From a virus (lineage: Duplodnaviria; Heunggongvirae; Uroviricota; Caudoviricetes), in the IMG/VR virus record IMGVR_UViG_2861079508_000001: DNA of 64,000 nt. One strand, 5' to 3'. The translations under genes were made by a program, and so were the position numbers. Below are positions 57,296 to 64,000 of the stretch, piece after piece. Below the pieces are notes generated by a model. It worked only from the letters and a program-made list of their open reading frames with translations. It was not told the DNA's origin and made no database searches. The stretch's first letter is position 1, and each line of letters opens with the position of its first letter.

Positions 57296-58396
57296 ATGAG
57301 CGAGTCCAAATCGCCGGATGCCCTGAGAGCAATGGTAGCCGGTACGCTGGCTAATTTTCAGCACCCAACCCTGAAACACAACCTGACTACGCTTAAAGCG
57401 TTACACCATGTTGCGTTGATGGATGACACACTGCATGTCGAACTAATCATGCCTTTCGTGTGGAATAAGCCTTTTGAAGACCTGAAAGAGCAATGTAGTG
57501 GTGATCTGCTCCGTATCACTGGCGCAAAGGCTATTGACTGGAAGCTGTCGTACAACATTGCCACGCTTAAGCGCGTCAAAAACCAACCAGGCATTAATGG
57601 CGTTAAGAACATTATCGCCGTCAGCTCAGGCAAGGGCGGCGTGGGTAAATCCTCCACGGCGGTAAACCTGGCACTGGCGTTGGCTGCTGAAGGTGCGAAA
57701 GTTGGTATTTTGGATGCCGATATCTATGGTCCATCAATTCCAACCATGCTGGGCGCGGAAAACCAACGTCCAACCTCACCGGACGGTACTCACATGGCAC
57801 CTATCATGTCTCATGGCCTGGCAACCAACTCTATTGGTTATCTGGTCACCGACGACAATGCAATGGTGTGGCGTGGACCGATGGCCAGCAAGGCGCTGAT
57901 GCAGATGTTGCAGGAAACACTGTGGCCTGATCTGGACTATCTCGTTCTCGATATGCCACCGGGCACTGGTGATATTCAATTGACGCTGGCGCAGAACATT
58001 CCTGTAACTGGTGCGGTTGTGGTAACTACGCCGCAAGACATCGCGCTGATCGATGCGAAGAAAGGCATTGTGATGTTCGAAAAAGTCGAAGTGCCGGTAC
58101 TGGGTATCGTTGAAAACATGAGTGTGCATATTTGCAGTAACTGCGGTCATCACGAGCCAATTTTTGGCACCGGTGGCGCACAGAAACTGGCCGAGAAATA
58201 CAACACGCAGTTGTTAGGCCAAATGCCACTTCATATCTCTCTTCGTGAAGATCTGGATAACGGAACACCAACCGTTATTAGTCGTCCAGATAGTGAATTT
58301 ACGGCTATTTATCGTGACCTCGCAGATCGCGTTGCTGCCCAAATGTATTGGCAAGGTGAAGTAATACCTGGCGAAATCGCATTCCGCGCAGTGTGA
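57296..58396 (+). CDS. apbC: iron-sulfur cluster carrier ATPase ApbC/Mrp
   Basis: P-loop [10 protein letters not shown], CxxC (CSNCGH); divergent from metG as in the Escherichia chromosome. Confidence 0.95.
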   Translation: MSESKSPDALRAMVAGTLANFQHPTLKHNLTTLKALHHVALMDDTLHVELIMPFVWNKPFEDLKEQCSGDLLRITGAKAIDWKLSYNIATLKRVKNQPGINGVKNIIAVSSGKGGVGKSSTAVNLALALAAEGAKVGILDADIYGPSIPTMLGAENQRPTSPDGTHMAPIMSHGLATNSIGYLVTDDNAMVWRGPMASKALMQMLQETLWPDLDYLVLDMPPGTGDIQLTLAQNIPVTGAVVVTTPQDIALIDAKKGIVMFEKVEVPVLGIVENMSVHICSNCGHHEPIFGTGGAQKLAEKYNTQLLGQMPLHISLREDLDNGTPTVISRPDSEFTAIYRDLADRVAAQMYWQGEVIPGEIAFRAV

Positions 58397-58583
58397 TAAA
58401 AAGGTGGTGCTTTTGCCGTTACGCACCACCCCGTCAGTAGCTGAACAGGAGGGACAGCTGATAGAAACAGAAGCCACTGGAGCACCTCAAAAACACCATC
58501 ATACACTAAATCAGTAAGTTGGCAGCATCACCGAGCGCCAGCGGCGAACATATGAGCTTCGGAAATACTAGACATTCTTAACT

Positions 58584-58642
58584 CCGTTGTTTTCTAGTTG
58601 TGGTTATTTTCACAAATAAGAAAAGATAGAAAACAATTTATT
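58584..58642. promoter_or_regulatory. motif 1 half-sites (TTGTTTTCT ... AGAAAACAA) separated by ~32 bp
   Basis: Downstream of apbC; no obvious gene served; possibly degenerate. Confidence 0.3.
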
Positions 58643-58694
58643 TAAGGCCACAACTTATGGCCTTTATTTATTCATGCCGAAGGATTTGTAGCGT

Positions 58695-59075
58695 CTAATT
58701 GCCGGATAAAATGGGGTGAGGTGCTTGCCAGTAGGCTCCACCGTTCCATGTGAACCCCATGCGAATAAGAGTGTTTATTGCGGCTTTGGTAGACTCCGAT
58801 TCGACACTGGCTTTACGAAACTCTTGAACCTCTTTCGCCAACTTGTATGTAATTGTGCAGGGGACGATTGCAGCCCAGCCTTTCTCATGACTGTTAATGA
58901 CCATCTGGATGTGACCATCCAGAATAGGTTGATTAGGCATGTTATTGAAAATGTCTGCCTGTTTTTGAATGTGAAGAAAAAGCCTTGCCAGCGCCATTTG
59001 CTCACTACGAGACAAGGGATTATCAAGAGGGCTTTTTGCAAAAGCTGCTATACGCTGTGCATCAATGCCAAACAT
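58695..59075 (-). CDS. hypothetical protein
   Basis: 126 aa; start overlaps stop of upstream 234-aa gene. Confidence 0.45.
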   Translation of the reverse strand: MFGIDAQRIAAFAKSPLDNPLSRSEQMALARLFLHIQKQADIFNNMPNQPILDGHIQMVINSHEKGWAAIVPCTITYKLAKEVQEFRKASVESESTKAAINTLIRMGFTWNGGAYWQAPHPILSGN

Positions 59076-59779
59076 CAGCGCACCTCACCATCTTTATGGC
59101 TGGAGTTAACTTCCGTCATTAAATGTCTGACGTAATCGACAAGAGAGCCGCCTGGTGGAATCTGGCATTCCTCAACTAACTGGAAGTAGATATCCGCTGC
59201 ATTACGTGTATTGCTACCCGCGCATATTCTTTCTTCCCGAAGTGCATGAAGCTCGTTGATCAAACGGTCACACTCTCCGTTACGCTGATCCACAACGGCC
59301 TCAAGCTCTGCGACGCGTTCACCTGGCGTCTTACCTTCTTTGCGTTGGATGGTAACGACGAAATCGCCAATTGCAGGGACGTTGTAATCCAGCTCAAGGT
59401 AGTTTTTGGCACCGCTGCGGACGAACTCACCCGCGAACATGGTGGCGAACATCGCAGAGGCCACTTCTCCGTTGAAAAGTGACTCCAGATCTAACGGAGT
59501 CCCGGCAGCAAGAGCCTCTTTTGCTGTATCCATTGCATCCATGAACCGATCAAACTCACTAGCGCGCTTTTCCAGGTCTTTCCATTGCTCGCTCCAACGT
59601 TTGGCAACGAAGTCTATGAATGTTTTCGCGGATTCATCAAAATTCCCCTCAAACTTAACGATGCCTTTATCAATAATGATCTGGCCTACCGCATCCTCTG
59701 CATAACCTTTCAATGTAAACTTGAAAGGAAAATCGGAATGGCCTGTGACGTTAAAATGCTCTAACTGGAGGTTGCTCAT
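59075..59779 (-). CDS. hypothetical protein
   Basis: 234 aa; motif-2 element upstream. Confidence 0.45.
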   Translation of the reverse strand: MSNLQLEHFNVTGHSDFPFKFTLKGYAEDAVGQIIIDKGIVKFEGNFDESAKTFIDFVAKRWSEQWKDLEKRASEFDRFMDAMDTAKEALAAGTPLDLESLFNGEVASAMFATMFAGEFVRSGAKNYLELDYNVPAIGDFVVTIQRKEGKTPGERVAELEAVVDQRNGECDRLINELHALREERICAGSNTRNAADIYFQLVEECQIPPGGSLVDYVRHLMTEVNSSHKDGEVR

Positions 59780-59820
59780 GTGTTTTTCTCTTATCGTTTA
59801 GTAACTACATTCTTACATAA

Positions 59821-59849
59821 ATTAAGTAAGCATTTACCTATCATTTAAC
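59821..59849 (-). promoter_or_regulatory. motif 2 element
   Basis: ATTAAGTAAGCATTTACCTATCATTTAAC upstream of gene 59075..59779. Confidence 0.4.
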
Positions 59850-61526
59850 GCGTTTGAAAACGTATACGCTGACTGTGATCCCTGTGTCTTCAAACTCGTT
59901 GGTAAACGACTTCCCTCTGGCATAAACGTAATTATCCATCGTCATCCAGTCCAGTATTGGCGCAGTGCCCGGCAATACTGCTACAAGACGCCCGCCGACT
60001 TTCAGATGCCCCAGCGCAGCCAGCGTGTGCTCTCTATGACGACCAAGCGAGTACGGCGGGTTCATAACGATTTTGTCGAACTGATAACCTGCGTTGTCCT
60101 CAGACCACTTTATGAAGTCGCAGCAAATCGTGTTCGTATACCCTTTTCCACGCAGGATATCAGCGAAGAGAGGTGCGATTTCTATGCAGGTAACATCTTC
60201 CAGATCGGCGTCAATATAGGCCAGAAGATCCCCACGTCCGGCTTGAGGCTCCAACAGCTTCTCACCAGGCTTCAATTCAGTGGCTCTTGCAACGTACTCA
60301 GCAATCAAGCGTGGGGTAGGGTAGAACTGGTGTGATTTTGTATCCGGTATTAAACCGGTAGCCACAATCGTATTTAGCGTATGGCCGATGTCATACGGGA
60401 ACTGCCAGTGCTTTTTCTCCTGCACGCCGCCAATGAAGCTCAGTGTGCGCTCAAGCTCTTCCACCTGCGACTTCTGGAGAGCTGAATCAGAGAAGTACCA
60501 TACACCTTTGTCTTTGCTCAATCGCCCGTCACGAAGCGCAGTGCGAACCGGCACGGAGATCGTCTTCTGGATTAAACCGAACTGCTTTGGTGCCCGTGTT
60601 TTTGGCGCAGTTCGGCATGGCGCGGGGATTGCAGCAGGCATACTGTAAGCCAGCACCTCATTCAACTTCCAGGCCACGTCAGGATGTATTTCAAAGTGAA
60701 CGTTGCCGTTCTTGAACATCTTCACGCGCATCAGATTTCCATCGACGTTCATCCAGTCACCGGTCTGGCAGTCGTTTGCCCGATACGCAGCTGATAGCAC
60801 CTCAGCAGTGCGGTTGATGGTAATAAATTCTTTGTGCGCGAAGAAATGAAGCAAGACACGCAGATCGTCGATGTAGTCCTCTTTGCGATAGTTCACGCTA
60901 ACGCTGTCCCGCCAGAAATCAGAAATGCAGTCAGCGATTATCAGCCGCTCGCTGAAACCATTTGTCTTATTTGTCTTGTGCACAGGACTCAGCGCCTTAA
61001 ACAAGCCATACACGCGCTCAGAGAGATATTTGTGCCTGTCATTCAGCAAATTAAGCATCGTGGGTATGACCGTTTCTGCTTTGAACTCCGGTACACCAAC
61101 GAACTCTTTAACCTTCATCTGGTAGCCGGTTCTGTCAGTTTTGATGACTTCCTGTTTGCCCTCTATAAACTGCTCGCGCCACTCATCTCGACGGGAAGCT
61201 GGCATGATCAGCAAAACGTTAGTCATGTCCGTGACCTTCCTCCAGTACTCGGCCCAAATATTCTGTTTCACCCATTCCAGATCGACTTTATCCAACCAAC
61301 CTCGATTTAAACGCGAGCGATCTTCATCTGGTCGATGGTTTAGTTTCAGCAGGCGATTAATCATGTTGTGGCGTTCGTCGCCATAAACGAAGTTGTGAAC
61401 CTGATACATGAAGGCGATCTCTTTCTCGCACTCGGCCACAATTTCGTGGATAACGTTCATTTCCTGACGATAATCGATAGCAGTGTTTGAGCTGGCATCG
61501 TCGATGATGGAAAGGGCTGTATTCAT
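59841..61526 (-). CDS. N6-adenine DNA methyltransferase with large N-terminal domain of unknown function (no adjacent restriction gene seen)
   Basis: C-terminal region has FYPTP...LEPQAGRGDLL (SAM-binding motif I region) and IVMNPPY (motif IV NPPY); 561 aa. Confidence 0.65.
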   Translation of the reverse strand: MNTALSIIDDASSNTAIDYRQEMNVIHEIVAECEKEIAFMYQVHNFVYGDERHNMINRLLKLNHRPDEDRSRLNRGWLDKVDLEWVKQNIWAEYWRKVTDMTNVLLIMPASRRDEWREQFIEGKQEVIKTDRTGYQMKVKEFVGVPEFKAETVIPTMLNLLNDRHKYLSERVYGLFKALSPVHKTNKTNGFSERLIIADCISDFWRDSVSVNYRKEDYIDDLRVLLHFFAHKEFITINRTAEVLSAAYRANDCQTGDWMNVDGNLMRVKMFKNGNVHFEIHPDVAWKLNEVLAYSMPAAIPAPCRTAPKTRAPKQFGLIQKTISVPVRTALRDGRLSKDKGVWYFSDSALQKSQVEELERTLSFIGGVQEKKHWQFPYDIGHTLNTIVATGLIPDTKSHQFYPTPRLIAEYVARATELKPGEKLLEPQAGRGDLLAYIDADLEDVTCIEIAPLFADILRGKGYTNTICCDFIKWSEDNAGYQFDKIVMNPPYSLGRHREHTLAALGHLKVGGRLVAVLPGTAPILDWMTMDNYVYARGKSFTNEFEDTGITVSVYVFKRVK

Positions 61527-61538
61527 AATTACACCATT

Positions 61539-61554
61539 AAATAATTTGTTTTCT
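61539..61554. promoter_or_regulatory. motif 1 operator-like palindrome
   Basis: Upstream of methyltransferase gene, followed by GGTGTAATTATCG as at 50323-50340. Confidence 0.55.
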
Positions 61555-61667
61555 GATTGGTGTAATTATCGCAAACTTGAAAAGGCATAAAAGCTGCATT
61601 CATAGGCGTTACAGCAGATTTAAGGCGTAAAAATGGGGGCTGTCGCCCCCTGTCGACTGGTGCTGTA

Positions 61668-62234
61668 TTAGAGTGCGTATTGCGTTTTGTGCGGCTGCTT
61701 ATTCAAGTCATGGCGATGCGTGAGCTCCCGCATCATGTCTTCAAGGCGACTCTTTGTGTCGTCGAGCTGGTCGGCCATTGCACCTAAAAGCTGGCGAACG
61801 GCCATCGGATCGTCGCTGTTTAGTGATGGCATTTTAGAACCTGCTTTAGAAGACATAAGGTTGATTGCAGACATCAACATCGTTAGAGAGGATTTAAGCC
61901 CGGCAATTTCACGATCTTTGCTGGCAATAATCGTCTCACTTTTGTTACCGTCATCAGTTTCTTGAGTCTCGCTCACCATATCCAAAGTCGCTTGCAACTT
62001 ATCAGCTCTCTCTTTTTCAGCAAGGTAATGAACACCGAAATGGTGTGCCAAAGCTACAATCTGAGTTGGCTCTTCAAAGGTGGAATTAAAATTAAGTATT
62101 GTAAACAGTCTCTCAAATATGGAAACGTCTTCTATTCCTCGAAGAATGGCTAACATTTTGACCAGTTCATTAGCATCCATTTCTTCGAATAAGGCGTTTT
62201 GTTCATCAGCTATCGCTTTGCATTTCTTGCACAT
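61668..62234 (-). CDS. hypothetical protein
   Basis: 188 aa; N-terminal CxxC; motif-1 operator upstream. Confidence 0.45.
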   Translation of the reverse strand: MCKKCKAIADEQNALFEEMDANELVKMLAILRGIEDVSIFERLFTILNFNSTFEEPTQIVALAHHFGVHYLAEKERADKLQATLDMVSETQETDDGNKSETIIASKDREIAGLKSSLTMLMSAINLMSSKAGSKMPSLNSDDPMAVRQLLGAMADQLDDTKSRLEDMMRELTHRHDLNKQPHKTQYAL

Positions 62235-62252
62235 GTGTTTTTCCTAATGCTT

Positions 62253-62268
62253 AAACAAGTTGTTTTCT
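62253..62268. promoter_or_regulatory. motif 1 operator-like palindrome (AAACAAGTTGTTTTCT)
   Basis: Upstream of gene 61668..62234. Confidence 0.55.
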
Positions 62269-62531
62269 TATTGTCTTTATTGTGATGTGGCATAAAAGGG
62301 GAGCAAGCTAAACGTAAAGGTGCAAACTCTCTATTTCGGTCAACGAAACACAAGGGCCATTTGGCCCTTGTCATTAACACTTTGCTTTACGAACTAACGG
62401 ATAAGCGAAGTAGATCGCCAAACCAATGAGGACGCCATCAGAAATGACAGACATCATCTTTCCCGTAAAATCCACCAACACCGCCATCACCAGAAGAGCA
62501 ATGACGATCACAAGCCGGAATCTCTCAAGCA

Positions 62532-62957
62532 TTAGAGATAAGCATCCAGTGACAACTGAAGCGCCTGGGCGATCTTTTTCAGTGCCTGCTCTTCTTGTTC
62601 ACCAATGCCGTCCTGATCGGCAATATCAAGGCACAGACACAGAACATCGACCGCCTCTGGAGTACCCGCAATATCAGACAGCTCACGAATAGCCTGTGCA
62701 TTAGCAGAACGAGGGGACGCTTCGTAACGAGCACGGATATTGGCGCTCATTTGGGCAATTTCACCAGCAAACGGAGAAAACGCAGGCAGAGCTGCAATTG
62801 TCTTCTCAAGAATGGCAATTTCTTTTGCGTCACATGTGCCGTCGGCATAGGAGATCATGTACGCGCCCCACACGGTGGCCTCAACCGCATCACGGTTCTC
62901 CATTTTTTTGACTTCGATAACAGCTTTACGAGTTTTCTTTTTGAAGAAACCTAACAT
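62532..62957 (-). CDS. TerB-like domain protein (tentative)
   Basis: 141 aa helical protein with pattern reminiscent of TerB/DjlA-N domains (ISYADG...EIAILEK...DIADQDG...EEQALKKIA); family call from pattern only. Confidence 0.35.
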   Translation of the reverse strand: MLGFFKKKTRKAVIEVKKMENRDAVEATVWGAYMISYADGTCDAKEIAILEKTIAALPAFSPFAGEIAQMSANIRARYEASPRSANAQAIRELSDIAGTPEAVDVLCLCLDIADQDGIGEQEEQALKKIAQALQLSLDAYL

Positions 62958-62980
62958 GTGCTTTCCTTTTATTATTTGTC

Positions 62981-62997
62981 AAAACAAGTTGTTTTCT
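62981..62997. promoter_or_regulatory. motif 1 operator-like palindrome (AAAACAAGTTGTTTTCT)
   Basis: Upstream of TerB-like gene. Confidence 0.55.
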
Positions 62998-63050
62998 AAT
63001 TACATAAATTGCTTACGCAGAGATGGTCAATGCATATGCACTAACAGCCG

Positions 63051-63239
63051 TCAGAAATAACCAAGTACCGAACCAACTGGAAAAACAAAAATCCCAACTA
63101 CACGAGCCAAGGTCATGCCAGCCTGAAACTGGAGATCGCCAGAGCAAACAAGTTTTATAATGTTCGATACCCAACCGGCGGCCATAAGGGCAAGAATTGC
63201 CAGCCAAATTTTTCCAAAGTGATTTGAAAACCAGTTCAT
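63051..63239 (-). CDS. small membrane protein
   Basis: 62 aa with two hydrophobic helices. Confidence 0.4.
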   Translation of the reverse strand: MNWFSNHFGKIWLAILALMAAGWVSNIIKLVCSGDLQFQAGMTLARVVGIFVFPVGSVLGYF

Positions 63240-63248
63240 ACAACCGCC

Positions 63249-63743
63249 TTAGTCACAGCATGATCCTGAGTAACTGGATGAACTTGAGGTATCGCATCCA
63301 CCGCCATCCCATCCAGAGTGACAGGACGCTCCACTGGAGTGGTGGTAATTGTCGTCGACGAAGGTGTGGTGATGGATGAATCCGGCATCAAAAGGCTCTG
63401 ACCGGCTGGAACGGCTACCGTCGCCAGTGAAACTATAATGAGAACGTAGGCCATTGGTTTCAGCCTCTTTCTTTGAAAATTTTCCATTCGAACTGTCCTT
63501 GTTGTTTTTCTCCTTCACTAAAGGCCGTGCATTTTTCGCTTCGCGTGAAGAACCAGAGGCAACAATCGCCCCCACGTTCGCAACAACTGACGCTTGATTA
63601 TCTAAACGTTCATTCAGCAACCGAACGGTAGTCTCTAGTTCATCAAGGCGTGACATAACACGACCGCTAAATAATTCGGCCAAAATTTGACGTAAAGAAC
63701 GAGGACGTTTAGTTACAGAAGTGAAATAGGTTTGACGTGCCAT
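63249..63743 (-). CDS. hypothetical protein (Ser/Gly/Cys-rich C-terminus)
   Basis: 164 aa; stop overlaps next gene start. Confidence 0.4.
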   Translation of the reverse strand: MARQTYFTSVTKRPRSLRQILAELFSGRVMSRLDELETTVRLLNERLDNQASVVANVGAIVASGSSREAKNARPLVKEKNNKDSSNGKFSKKEAETNGLRSHYSFTGDGSRSSRSEPFDAGFIHHHTFVDDNYHHSSGASCHSGWDGGGCDTSSSSSYSGSCCD

Positions 63744-63871
63744 GTGGACTCCATCCAGTGTCAGAAAGAGTTGCGGCTGGCGATTGCCAGCCGCCTTTCT
63801 CGTTCCATCCTGGAACTGTGTCTTACCGACACATTGTCATCCTGACGCCGATAAGATACATGATTTAAAAT

Positions 63872-63900
63872 GATAGGTAAAAACTTACTTACTATTTATT
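63872..63900 (-). promoter_or_regulatory. motif 2 element
   Basis: GATAGGTAAAAACTTACTTACTATTTATT upstream of gene 63249..63743. Confidence 0.4.
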
Positions 63901-64000
63901 ATAAACAAAACCAATATCTTTCTTGTGAGGCATATCTGCTGCTGAAAAAGCTGCGATCTTCGCGAGTCGATCACATATTTCATTTTCACGATGCCCGGCG

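Noticed and set aside
58397-58520. Possible tRNA or small RNA downstream of apbC (hairpin GGTGGTGC...GCACCACC and flanking sequence)
   Set aside because: I could not fold a convincing cloverleaf or find anticodon-arm features by eye; more likely the apbC terminator region. Needs tRNAscan-type confirmation.
1-64000. Integrase/recombinase and attachment-site repeats marking prophage ends
   Set aside because: No ORF showed tyrosine- or serine-recombinase motifs and no direct repeats bracketing the metG junctions were found, so no prophage boundary is reported.

Overview
The window is dominated by a siphovirus-type phage or phage-plasmid-like element, almost entirely on the minus strand, with an enterobacterial housekeeping pair (metG, apbC/mrp) embedded at 55.1-58.4 kb. 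From left to right: a replication/maintenance block (partial T4-type DNA ligase, DNA primase, DnaB-like helicase, a plus-strand GIY-YIG nuclease, ParA plus small partner), a lysis cassette, then a lambda-like tail module (long tail fibre with S74 chaperone, gpJ-like tip protein, I/K/L/M-like proteins, tape measure, chaperones, major tail protein), head genes (decoration, major capsid, scaffold, portal) and terminase large and small subunits. The tape measure gene is split by an intact IS3-family (IS629-like) insertion sequence with a 3-bp target duplication, so the tail module is probably defective. Upstream of the terminase is a translationally coupled cluster (two ParB-like proteins, a soluble ABC ATPase, a GNAT-like protein, a small wHTH protein) that I could not match to a described system and consider the best candidate for something new. 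A plus-strand accessory island (SF2 helicase, lipoprotein, secreted proteins) follows, then a region of small separately transcribed genes. Two repeated motif families stand out: a palindromic operator-like site (AGAAAACAAnTTGTTTTCT, at least 13 copies, on both sides of metG/apbC) and a TACTTACTTATCA-like element at late-gene boundaries. There are also two iteron-like arrays, a strongly GT-skewed non-coding repeat region, and one gene interrupted by an in-frame amber codon. To the right of apbC lie more element-type genes (orphan N6-adenine methyltransferase, TerB-like protein). No integrase, rRNA, tRNA or CRISPR array was recognised. Coordinates of motifs and adjusted starts were read by eye and may be off by 1-2 bp; protein family calls rest on motifs I could see, not on database searches.
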